From: Psammoneis japonica
Lineage: Eukaryota
DNA: 59,567 nucleotides
Direction of reading: 5' to 3'
Assembly (NCBI GenBank): GCA_008632985.1
Contig: QPGO01000042.1
Coordinates: forward strand, 496,001-555,567
Shown piece after piece: positions 49,601-59,567 of this stretch (the stretch's first letter is position 1; the number at the start of each line of letters is the position of its first letter). The notes below the pieces were generated by a model. That model had not been told where the DNA came from. It searched no databases and saw only the letters and a list, made by a program, of their open reading frames with translations. Position numbers and translations under genes: made by a program.

Positions 49601-52236
49601 TGTGCTCAATCGTGTGTTGAGCAGACGGTCCAGGCATCAACAATGCAATGTTTGTGTTGCATGTCAGTTTTGATCTGCTTGTTGCAGGGCACGACACGTT
49701 TTGAAAAGCATCGCACTTTCTCCTCTTCGGAACAACTTCCTTCACGCACCGACACGTAAAAGTTCCATCCCAGCTGTGCCACTTTATCTGAGTGTCATCT
49801 GCGTTCCTTGCTGAATTATTTGGACACGAAGCAGCTGGTTGCCTGTGACTGCAGTCACCTGGTTTGAGCTCCTCTCGTTTCCTTTTCCTTGACAGCACGT
49901 CCAGTTCCTCGTGTGGGTTTTTTTTACGCATTTTACGTAACTCTGCGCATTTGGGAAAACACGACTTCGTAACGTGCATGTGATGGTTGTAAGCTGCGTC
50001 CGGCACATGTGCCTCTGTTGTCCCTTGCAGACCACTTCGCTGGCATTGTACACACATTGCTTTCAGTCGCTTTGCATGGTTGTCTGGACAGCGAGTCAGG
50101 CCAGGTGCACGGTGCCGTGACTGTGAAAAGCTTTCTACAAACTCAACGTTTGTCCAGTGCTTGGTGCAGTGACGACAACAAGCAAACATTCTGTTCTTCG
50201 ACTGCTGGCCGTCTTTGTGCCTCAGGTTTCTTAGCTGTTGGTCGTCTGCTGCTTTTGGAGAGGTGCAACACATTTTTGGTGCTGCACAGTCATGATCGGA
50301 TGCTTCACGCAACGCGTTGGTGCTGAAGTCCTCGCTGCAGATTAATTCCGTGCTGCAGATCTTCTGAACTGTGTTGGTGAGGCACTCAGCACCTTCGCGT
50401 CGGATCTGTCTCATTGGCGAATGCAGTTTCTCTCTTGCATTGTTGATCGATGCAAACCAGATCTGCATGTGTCCGTGTGCTGTCAGACGCCCCTGCTCCT
50501 CAACTGCGGCTAAAAATGCGGCTGGCCTGCCAATGTAGAAGTTAAAGTTTTCTCTTGGTTGGTTGGCGCTCAGATCCCAACCCACTGCCTCTTCCATTGC
50601 AATGTCAAACAAGCACTCGAGTGCAAAGGCTGTTAGACTGGGAAACTTTAGACGCAGTTCATTGCGTTGCTCAGCCCTGCTAGCAAGAATTTCGTCCATC
50701 AGTTGTGTCACGTCTTTGTTTGGGTCCAGGATGACACCCAAGTGCAGTTGTGCAAGAAACGAATTTGCATCGTCCGGACTGACGGTTAAGAAAATGCCAC
50801 CCTGACCAAAATGATGCTGACAAGTTTCGGCGTTTCTCCTCATTTTCTTTGCTGCTTCGTCACTGTGTGGCAGAGACGCAGATGCAACGTCGAGTGCACG
50901 CAAAAAGTGGTGCCTGAGTCCCGCCCAAGTTGCGATCACAAACAGCTCTGTCCACATCGTCCACTGTCAGTTCGTTTGCAAACTGTGCAGCCTGATTCTT
51001 GTCCCTGACTTTCCACCCTGCGCTCTGCAGCATCCTTTGCTTCATTGTCAAGTTGCAGCACATTAACACGAAGAGCTGCTCGTGGAAGTGAGGCTGGGAA
51101 ATCCGTGCCAAGTGGTCGGCATGGTGTGCAAGGTTGGTGCCATCTGTGAGACTTCCGTCTTTCTTCATTCTCGTCTCATTGATTCCTCCTCTGCCAAAAG
51201 GAAACTGCAGCAGACACGCGTCAATGAAGTTGTTGCCTTTGAAATCACTCGCAGATTCTTTGGACAACTGTGCTTGCACCTCTAAATCAAATCTGTTGGC
51301 AGTGGCTTCGTGTGCAAGATCTTTGAAGCAGTCCAGGTTGCACTGACCACCGGTCGCAGGAGACATGGTTCCATCAGGAAAGCAAATGTGAAATGACTCT
51401 GAGGTCTCAACATTTGCACTTTCTCCTTCTTCTTTGCCGGTGCCATCGACAAGTGCGGGATTCCGCAGATTACGCCTGGCTTCGTCTAGATTTGTCTGTT
51501 GGCACACCCACTCTTGGTTGTGGTGCAACAGCCATTCCATCGCCCTTGGCATGCAGTGCGTCCCAATTCTGTTCTTTGAATGCACAAGTTGTCTTTGCTC
51601 CGGAGTCATCTTTCCAGTCATCAGTGCAATCACATTCTGATGTAAATTCAGTGCGTCGAAGTGCACAACAGTTCTTACGATGCTTTGCATCTTGACTTTG
51701 TAGTGTGTCAGACTTCCCTGAAGCTTCTTCTGTTTGCCGCCAAGGCAACTGAAGCAGCATCCGCATGTTTTCACTGGTGTGAGCATTGCCAATTCTGCTT
51801 GGGTTAGAGACAACAGTTCATGCGGTGGGGTGCCGAAACAGCAGTTGTTCGCCATCGCGTACATTGGCACAACGGCTCTTCCCAGGCTTCTTCGGCATTC
51901 GCTGCAGCAAGTGAATCCGTCGACGCATCGTCTGTCTTCCTGTGCTGCGCATTGGGCATGGGGAGAAAGCAGCAGGTCTTTGATCCAATCAGCATCTTCA
52001 TGCTCTACAGTGTGGCAGGACTTGAGACGATCAGATGCGCTGTTCCAGTCTGAAGGGGTGAGCAAGTTTCTTGCTGATTCCAATGTTTCGAGCGGCAAGC
52101 AGCAAACTTCTCTAGGTTTCAGCAGAACGTCACAGACCAAACATGCGTGTGGTCTAAATTCTCCGTCTCTGTGCAGACAAAGCATCTCAAACTTTCCATT
52201 GATTGCATTGCAAACACGGGAGTTGGCCTCGTCCAT
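46604..52236 (-). pseudogene. Helitron-type Rep-helicase (HUH Rep + Pif1 helicase), split over three frames
   Basis: Rep motifs 'IFLTVSPDD', 'VEEQGRLTAHGHMQIW', 'FPFGRGG'; Pif1 motifs 'GAGGSGKS', 'TGVAATILKGDTIH', 'DEISF', 'GDLRQLEPV', 'HKLQG', 'VVLSRV'. Confidence 0.92.
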
Positions 52237-52365
52237 TTTAATTTAAGCTGATGCTTTGGCTCAACAAATTTCAAGAAGTTGCTCAGTGAAAACAGTTGTT
52301 TTTTCAGTGTGATCACCGTGAAGCTGCGATCGGTGCTGTCCAATCACCACAGCGATGTGTGTTTT

Positions 52366-53000
52366 CTCGCCACCTGTGGCACTGCGACTGGTGTCGTCCA
52401 GTCACCGCAGTGGCTCTGTCCAGTTGATCAACGAACCGCGTCGGTGCCACCCGTTCACCGCAGCGCTGTGTCGTCTCTCACAACCTGTGCAATCAGGTCA
52501 CTGTGAGTGCTGCGACTGGTGCTGTCCAGTCACCGCAGCCGAGTCAATCAGTTGCTTGACGAACTGCGTCGGTGCCACCCGATCACCGCAGTGTTGTGTC
52601 ATGTTCTCACAACCTGTGCGATCAGGTCTCTGTGAGAGCTGCGACTGGTGTCGTCCAGTCACCGCAGCTGAGCTTGTGCGTTGTCTCACAACCTGCATTG
52701 CGAGGTGCAGCGCTGTGTTGTTTGCTCACAACCTGTGCAATCAGGTCGCTGTGAGAGCTGCGACTGGTGTCGTCCAGTCACCGCAGCCAAGTGAACCAGT
52801 TGCTTGACGAACTGCGTCGGTGCCATCCGATCACCGCAGCGTTGTGTCGTGTTCTCACAACCTGTGCGATCAGGTCTCTGTGAGAGCTGCGACTGGTGTC
52901 GTCCAGTCACCGGCAGCTGAGCTTGGTGCGTCATCTCACAACCTGCGTCACCAGGTCACTGTGAGAACTGAGAACTACGATCGGTGTGGCCCAATCACCG
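52366..53000. repeat. Hairpin-rich tandem array (~248-bp higher-order unit x2, internal ~129/79/40-bp subunits)
   Basis: 'ctcacaacctg' recurs at 52477, 52606, 52685, 52725, 52854, 52935; 'ctgcgactggtg(tc/ct)gtccagtcacc' recurs five times. Confidence 0.9.
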
Positions 53001-53159
53001 TAGTTGGATGCTTTTCGTTTCCCTTTGCGCAAAGGTTCTGTCACAAAAAAGTGAGACGAAAGTGTGCCTCTTTCACCTCGACGGAAGAGTGACGTGTGCG
53101 TTCCTCCCACGTCCTTCTTCGCACCAGACGCACGACATCCCACTTAGTTTCGTCGACGT

Positions 53160-53262
53160 TGAACATCCCATGGGATGAGATTTGGATCTTGTTCAAGTTG
53201 TTTCGACCATCTGCTCTGAACATTCCATGGGATGAGATTCGGATCTTGTTCAAGTTGTTTCG
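53160..53262. repeat. 57-bp-period duplication
   Basis: tgaacatYccatgggatgagattYggatcttgttcaagttgtttcg occurs twice. Confidence 0.85.
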
Positions 53263-53808
53263 GCAATCTTGGTGGTGGGCACAGCTTCACGCAAATTCCG
53301 CAGAATCACGCTTTAACGAGTGGCGGGGCAGTTGAGTTGGTCGTGTGGCAATGACAGTGCGATTGACGTCATTCGTGTTTCCAAAGTGCGCGCGAACCTC
53401 CAAATGGGTGATGGGCCCACCTTGGCTAACTGCCGGTGCAGTGTGCAGTGACAGCGATGGCGTCGACCGTTTGGCGACTAGATTTCGTGCGCGATGGCCG
53501 CGCGGCAGTAACGGCTGAAATGCACACAAAGCACGGACGGAATTGCACGTGATTTTACGCATTTTCAGCAAACTCAGTGCGACTTTGCGTGCTCCGATCC
53601 TTGCATCTGTTTTGTTCAAATTGAACCCACACACCACTTGCAAGTGCTGACACCTGGAAGGTTGCCTTGTTGCAGTTCGACGTGTTTGAATCTGGTTGCT
53701 GACGTTGCCAGTTCTCCTTGGCATGATGTGCGCAGCTCTGCTGGGTCTTTCTTGGCACTTCTGAACGATCGCACTTTTTGTTCCCATAATTTCTCTCCGA
53801 CTGATTCG

Positions 53809-54679
53809 ATGGCACGCAAAAGAAACACAACGACCTCCCCGGCTGCGAAAGCCAAAGTCGCCGAAACCAAACAGAAGAAGGCAAAGACGAAGTTTTCTGA
53901 TGCTCTGTTGAAGAAACTAAGTCCGCCCCGCAAGACCAACGGCTTGACCGACGACGACCTTAAACCGGAAGACTGCCTTGCCAAGCACGGGTTCAAGCTT
54001 TCCAAATCCGCCGGTTCTGACGATGGCAGCCATTCTGACAAGGACGCCTCCTGCGCTGCGCCACCATCACTGTCGGCCGCAAGAAAGGCGTCGTTTTTCG
54101 TCTCCAAGCCAAGAATCCCCTTTTGACCAATGTTTGGTCGGAGAAGGTTCTGTTTGACAACCTTGGCAGCAGGACTCCGTGGGCGGTTCAAGTTGGATTC
54201 CACCCTTACGCTGGCAGGTGGGTTCACGAGGGCGAGTTGCAGACGAACGCCAAGAACTGCGCCGTGCGTCTCTTCTTCATCTTCCTCGAAGAAGTCCCAA
54301 CGATGCCAAAGTGCGCCGGCCTCGGAAGTGCATTGCGAAGCAGCTGAACGATGACCCTGAGAACAACACCGAGGTCTTCGTTGAAGACGACTTCTTCTGG
54401 ATGAAGGATGCTGTTTGGTCCGAAGTGATCGGCAACGAGGCGGCGCTTGCCGAGCTTCAGAAGGAAGGTGGTCAGTTTCACATCGGTTGGTCTTCCCAAA
54501 ACAAGAACTTACTTCACAGTTGCTTCTACGAGGGGTCGTTGCCTGTGGAACTCTGTCGTCTCATTGGAGCTCCGGCAGAAGAAGCTGGAGAAGAGGCCGA
54601 CGATGATGTCGAGCTCAACTGCGAAGTTGACCTGAACGTCGATGACGACTTGGTGCTTCAGGACAGCGACGAAGACTGA
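53809..54679 (+). pseudogene. Unknown protein with basic N-terminus and acidic C-terminus, frameshifted
   Basis: Three successive coding-like frames: MARKRNTT..., ...TNVWSEKVLFD..., ...DDFFWMKDAVWSEVIG...DSDED*. Confidence 0.55.
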
Positions 54680-54766
54680 GTTGTTTTTTTTTTTGCCGGT
54701 GCAGTGTAAATTTGCAAATGTTTGGCAAACTAAGTGTCGATTACAACTCAGCTTTCCTCTGTCTCT

Positions 54767-55702
54767 TCAAGCATTTGCCATCTCCGACGACAACTTTACG
54801 TTACCGCGAAACAATGGCGAATTGAGTGGAGCAACTAGCGTGTGACGTCCAGCACAGTGACAGCAAAAAAACAGTTCAGTTGAGTTCTTAAGTAAAATTG
54901 GCCATTTCGCGACGGGTGAATGCTTCCGTTCCAAGTGTGTCGGAGTGGGACGTCGCATGTGCTGGCTGGTTGACTGAGAAGTCTCCTCTTTCTTGGTGCA
55001 CTTGTGGAAGACGAGATGTTTCACGTCTCCGCTGTGCCACAAAAGGTCGCCATCATGGCAATCCGCCGTGAAGGACTCGCACATCCACTCTCCCGCGTAC
55101 GACGCGAACAGCGGATCTAGCGCCACCACCACGGTCCCAGCACGACACAACTTCGAAAGCATCGCCTCTGCCTTCTGCTGTGTGTTCTTGTCGTCGACCA
55201 TGCGGGAGTTGCAGTTGTTGAAGAACACCTTGAGTCCTTTCTTTTTCCACAAAGGAGCCAGCCTCTCGTCCAAGAATGACTTGTTGATCAACTCTAACCC
55301 GCCGTTCGAGCGAAGGCCAGCACGATGAGCCCAACGTACAGCCTCTTGGTGACGATCGTGGTCGGCCTCGATGCTCACCACGGTGCAACGGCGACGAAGT
55401 AACTTGAGCCCGATGCTGGGTCCGGCAACTCCCCCGCCCATGTCGACAGATGCATCGCAGGTGTGATTCACGCCAAGAAGGCGTTCGTTCAAAAACACTT
55501 CGCTGCTCAAAGCGAAGCCAACTTCGCCGCCGTGCGAAGATCCGCTTCCGTCTCCGGAGACACGCCTGCTCTGGAACGCGGAGTCCGGAGCCGTTTGAAG
55601 ACAAAACTCCCCAACACTTCTGCAACGATGGTTCATCGCATCCAACCTTGTGGCAACATCAACCTTGCTTGCAGTGGGTTCGACCAGACGTCGCGTTTCC
55701 AA
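54767..55702 (-). pseudogene. Class I SAM methyltransferase, DOT1-like
   Basis: Motif I 'DASVDMGGGVAG', motif II 'VVSIEADHDRH', 'KVFFNNCN' (cf. DOT1 VxFxNN), 'RAGTVVVALDPL'. Confidence 0.6.
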
Positions 55703-56083
55703 ACCAAACTGTGACGTGCGCAGAATGCGTAAAATTACCGTCGCGCCCTCTGTGCGCGCGAAATTTTCAAACGCGGCGTGCTGCCTCTACCTGCGCATGG
55801 AGCAACGTACAAAGTCATTTTGGACAGATGTGCAGACGCGTTGAAACAATGAGACGCCTTTGGGCGATAAAATTTGTTTTGAATCTCGGCCTGCTTCTCA
55901 TCGTTGCCGCACTTGCATGTCCGTGTAATTCAAACGCACGAGCTGGCACGGCACGCAACGCACTTCTACGCGAGAACTCGCACTGAGATTGCCGTGGGAT
56001 GATCCTCCCTCCGCGGAGACAAAAACAACGCGACAACACTTCCGTCATCACATTTTGAAACACATTTCAAATTGAGACACACC

Positions 56084-57511
56084 ATGTCGCAACTACCTCG
56101 TGCCTCGCTGCGTCGTCCTCCAACGACAAGCACTTGTCGCATGAGTTCAAGCCGGTCTCGACAGTGTGGGGGTTTGGGACGTGCAGCTCGCAGCCCGACA
56201 ACAAGCAAATGCTTCTCGCGATTGGGTTTCGACCCCACTCCCCTGGAGTCCGCCGGTCCCTGTCAACAGAGTTTTGCTTTGGGTGCTCTTGAGGCAACGG
56301 AAAGCAGACACATCTCTCGATTGGGTTTTGACCCCACTCCCCTGGAGTCCGCCGGTCCCTGTCGACAGAGTTCTGCTTTGGGCACTGTTGAGACGACAGT
56401 GACAGTGTCAAGCAGCGGAACATTTGCCGGCAAGTTCGCACACACGTTCTCTGCGAACACCGCATCGTCAATGCGCACCAGGACATGCGAGAACATGTTG
56501 AGGGCTCAACTGCCACTTCGCAAGGCCCACCGCAGCCGCAGGCGAATCCGCAGCCGCGCCAGCAGGAAAACATCCAAGATTGCTCGCCTCGTTCCACTCG
56601 CACCGTGCGCCACTGAGAGTCTCTCCGTGCACTGCGCAGCTGGCCACACTCTGGTTTGTGACGGCGACTACACTCAGCCTGCACCACCTTGTCTTGCTGA
56701 CATTGACTTTGCCGAATTGGCTCCTCTGCTCGTCTGTGACCCTGTGCTCGATCTGAAGCCTTTCTTTGGCTTGGACGGTTGCCGCTGCGACAACACCTGC
56801 ACCCTGCTGCCGCGTTCTGCTGTGGTGTTCAGCTCCCCCAACCCAGCAGAACTAGTTGCTCAGTGCCGAGCGCTCGAAGCACTAGAATGCTGCACCGCCC
56901 AGTCCACCGTGCGCGGCAAACAACGCGTTACCTTCATGGAGACGGACAGGAGCAAGCATTCCACGATTGGCCTGGCTGCCACGAGGGACGCTCGAATTTC
57001 TTGCAAGCAGCCTGGCACAGCCGACCAACACACTCACCACCTCACCAGACTTCTTTCACGCATGGAGCACCTTGTCAATGAGTGCGTGGACTGCCATCCT
57101 CAGGGCATCGCTCGTGTCAAAAAGTTTCACAACTGGAAATCCCTGGTGCGGTCAGATGGCATTTTCTCCTCTCTGGCGGCTGGGCGCAATGTCTTCCTCA
57201 ACGCCCATCGGGACCAGGACTTCTTCCTGTCAGCAGTCACCGTGGTGGGAGTCCCTCCGTCCGGCAGCTGCACCATGAATGACGGGATTGTGGCGCACTT
57301 CTGCTTCCCTGCCGAAGGCATCTCCGTTGCACTCCGGCTTGGTGATGTCATCATTTTTAACCCCACCAAGTGCCACTGCATCTCCAGCAGGACAAACTCA
57401 AACGACGAGTTCTTCTGCGTGTCTCTCTACCTGAAGAGTGCTGCAGTGGGCAAGAACAACAATTCAATCCCCCTTTCTCTAGAGGAAGAGACCATTCTCA
57501 GGCGACTGTGA
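56084..57511 (+). CDS. 2OG-Fe(II) dioxygenase, TET/JBP-like (TpA-mutated, probably inactive)
   Basis: 'NVFLNAHRDQD' (HxD), 'VALRLGDVIIFNPTKCHCIS' (distal His), 'CVSLY' strand; DSBH-like spacing. Confidence 0.7.
   Translation: MSQLPRASLRRPPTTSTCRMSSSRSRQCGGLGRAARSPTTSKCFSRLGFDPTPLESAGPCQQSFALGALEATESRHISRLGFDPTPLESAGPCRQSSALGTVETTVTVSSSGTFAGKFAHTFSANTASSMRTRTCENMLRAQLPLRKAHRSRRRIRSRASRKTSKIARLVPLAPCATESLSVHCAAGHTLVCDGDYTQPAPPCLADIDFAELAPLLVCDPVLDLKPFFGLDGCRCDNTCTLLPRSAVVFSSPNPAELVAQCRALEALECCTAQSTVRGKQRVTFMETDRSKHSTIGLAATRDARISCKQPGTADQHTHHLTRLLSRMEHLVNECVDCHPQGIARVKKFHNWKSLVRSDGIFSSLAAGRNVFLNAHRDQDFFLSAVTVVGVPPSGSCTMNDGIVAHFCFPAEGISVALRLGDVIIFNPTKCHCISSRTNSNDEFFCVSLYLKSAAVGKNNNSIPLSLEEETILRRL
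56213..56392. repeat. 99-bp tandem duplication in the 5' part of the dioxygenase ORF
   Basis: 'SRLGFDPTPLESAGPC..S.ALG..E' encoded twice. Confidence 0.9.
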
Positions 57512-57524
57512 CAGTGCAAAATAA

Positions 57525-57622
57525 CTTGCTAAATTTGCGTAAATTTGCTGACTTTCTGTGCTCAGGCGACTGTGCAGGCACCTGCTAATTTGCTAGATTT
57601 GCGTAAATTTGCCGACTTTCTG
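57525..57622. repeat. Short direct repeat between the convergent dioxygenase and SET ORFs
   Basis: ttgctaRatttgcgtaaatttgcYgactttctgt occurs twice. Confidence 0.8.
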
Positions 57623-57733
57623 TTCTTCCTCGTTCCCATTTTTCGAACCACAACTGGGGCTACGCCTTTCCAACTAATGCTGCAGTTTCGCTGAAAAACA
57701 CCAACACACTGTGCTGCTAATTTACAGAGCACA

Positions 57734-59567
57734 CTACACGGCAAACGTTTTGCCAGACGCAGAGCTTCTCCCCCCCGACTTGGGGAGTAGACGCGATTTC
57801 TTCTTCCGATTCATGGCACCCGACGTCGCCTTCCTCTTCTTCTTCTTCTTCTCCGATTCGTCCAAGTTGCATCTGCAGAGAAATTCCTCCCCGGGCATGA
57901 TTCGCTTCGTGACTGCCAAGCACCCGTCGTTGTAGAACTCGCAGTTGTTGTCCGCGTGTTGGCTTGCCTTGATCTTCTTCTTGTCCTTGAATGACTCGGT
58001 GGCATCGTTCACGCAGTGCATTCCGAGGTAGAGTGGATGGGAATTCTTGTTCCCTGGACCGCTAAAATCAAGCGGTTTTGGCTCCACTGTGACGCAGCAG
58101 CCCTCGCTGTCACGGATGGTGGAGCAGCACACGCTGTGGTCTTCTCCAAACTTGCTGTCGTGGTCGCACCACGAGCAGCTCCTCGTCGTACCGGGCACCC
58201 TGGGGCCCACGTAGATTCCAACCGTGCTGCCTTTCTGGAACTGGCGCAAAGCAAAAAAACCAATGCCTGCGCCCCTCCGTTGCGATGCGCGTAGCTCGCC
58301 CACCTCCACCTCCTTGGGGCCTGCGGAGCGAACGGACTTTTCGAGGCAAAACAACGCAGGTTGAAGTGACACGGCGCCTCATCCAAATGTGCACACTTCT
58401 GCACTTGCTCTCTTCACGAGATGGACCAGTGCGAGCGACCACCCCGCTTCGAAAGCCTCGACGGCGGTCTTGAACACTTTGTTGCTCTTCGGCGTCGAGT
58501 CTGGGATGCCCCTCTCGCCGACTTCCGTGCGGCACTCCACACCCACTTGCAGTGTTCGCCGTGAGCATTCGCGACGGCTTCAGGGTCGCTCCTGATGCAC
58601 CCCAGTTCTCCCAGCGCGGGGAACCAGAGGTCGGGATCATTCGGCGCATCCTTCATCAGGCACATGGACTCCTGGAATTTATCGGATTTTTCGTGCCGCA
58701 ACACCCAGTCCCACAAGTCGAATGACGGATCGTTGGGGTCCGGAAATTGCTTTCCTTCTTCTTCCTCTTCCGCCGTTGCTTTCGCGACCACTTTGGCCGC
58801 GGGCTTGGCTGCCTCCTCGCTTTTGCCGCTGCAAAAAGGTGGACCTCCGGTTTCACAAAGGTGGCCTGATCACCCACCAACTCGATCTTGCAACCGGCCT
58901 CAAGGAGCTGCTCGGCGGTGCAACCCAGCTGCTGTGCTTCATTCCAACCACAAATTTGAAAGGNTTGGCTCCGGCGGCACGGCTTTCTCCTCTTTTCAGT
59001 TTGGGACTGCGCCGGCTTCTCCGACATCCTTGCGCGTTCGGACTCGACGGACACACCCTCGGCACTTCCCTCGGCGCCAAGTGCAGTCATGGCAGCTGCC
59101 NNNNNNNNNNNNNNNNNNNNGAGTTCTGCCATTGGCACTTCCCTCGGCGCCAAGTGCAGTCATGGCAGCTGCCGCCGCGCCTTCGGCGCCCGTGAGTTCT
59201 GCCATGACTTCCGAGCTGCTGCATCCTCTGCTTTGCCAGACGCAACGATGTTGTCCTCCGCCATTCTAGCACCGTGATGACAGAGCTGCACTCACTGCTG
59301 TGTGGTGTGCTGCTTTGTTCCAGCCGTTGGCGATCCACATCCTTCTGCGCACGCAAACGTGTGACACTTTGCACCAAATTCCACGTAGTCGTCTGCACCT
59401 GTCTGCGTCCGTCTTCACTGCTGTGCGCACTACGCACTGCAGCGCACCCTTTCAAACCTTCATCAATGTTTGTTTTTTCCTTCCTTTTCCTTTTCTCTTC
59501 TTCTTCATCTGGCTGGGAGGAACTGCTGGACAGCCGGCCTCATTTCTCGGCATGTTGCCACGCAGAA
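57734..59567 (-). pseudogene. SET-domain protein (SET at ~57880-58300), frameshifted, 5' part beyond gap/window
   Basis: 'GAGIGFFALRQFQKGSTVGIYVG', 'LGMHCVND', 'NNCEF', 'TKRIMPGEEFLCRCN' (GEELxxxY position is now C). Confidence 0.75.
59050..59215. repeat. Tandem repeat spanning a 20-N assembly gap
   Basis: ggcacttccctcggcgccaagtgcagtcatggcagctgcc on both sides of the N run. Confidence 0.75.

Larger units (their letters stand above)
45350..59567 (-). mobile_element. Large Helitron-like element with probable cargo genes (boundaries uncertain, may run off window)
   Basis: Rep-Pif1 ORF plus contiguous CpG-retaining, TpA-depleted intronless ORFs; termini not identified. Confidence 0.55.

Noticed and set aside
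52366..53000. CRISPR-like appearance of the palindromic repeat array
   Set aside because: The intervening segments are themselves repeated, spacing is irregular, there are no cas genes and the context is eukaryotic.
22400..59567. Hundreds of overlapping Cys/His-rich ORFs that might be read as novel metal-binding or antisense proteins
   Set aside because: By-product of TpA loss, which removes TAA/TAG stops and turns Tyr codons into Cys/His codons.
22400..59567. Alternative genetic code or a foreign/viral insert as the explanation for missing Tyr
   Set aside because: Depletion is frame-independent, affects non-coding LTRs and differs between sister LTRs, so it is mutational (or a read artefact) rather than a coding property.
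22400..59567. Classical RIP or CpG decay as the sole cause
   Set aside because: C->T changes cannot remove TpA; CpG is retained in the Gypsy LTRs and the Helitron region where TpA is lost.

Overview
Eukaryotic genomic DNA, most likely a pennate diatom (inferred from short GT-AG introns, dense gene packing, a signal-peptide+'SAF' plastid-type leader and a diatom-type Copia element). The window has two sharply different halves. (1) 1-22.2 kb is gene-dense: Atg22-like MFS transporter, a head-to-head pair of mu-homology-domain paralogues, NDUFA7-like, ELM2/SANT-PHD protein, mitochondrial bL25, TOM1/THH1-like membrane protein, RsmE, ABCB half-transporter, MCM10, glycine cleavage H and a cNMP-domain/carrier-like fusion. 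(2) 22.3 kb to the end is a nest of transposons: a Crypton-like fragment, a full-length Copia (245-bp LTRs, AAACC TSD), a decayed Ty3/Gypsy (~368-bp LTRs, GATC TSD), an old unidentified host element, and a large Helitron-type Rep-Pif1 locus lying next to DOT1-like, TET/JBP-like 2OG-Fe(II) and SET-domain ORFs. The main signal is that the whole transposon half has lost nearly all TpA dinucleotides through TA->TG / TA->CA changes. Paired LTRs show this directly, and Tyr is systematically replaced by Cys/His, including at conserved motif positions, while CpG can remain intact. This looks like a RIP-analogous, TE-targeted A:T->G:C hypermutation system, or else a TE-specific base modification miscalled by the sequencer. 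Several single-base deletions in host genes suggest an imperfectly polished assembly. All counts were made by eye.
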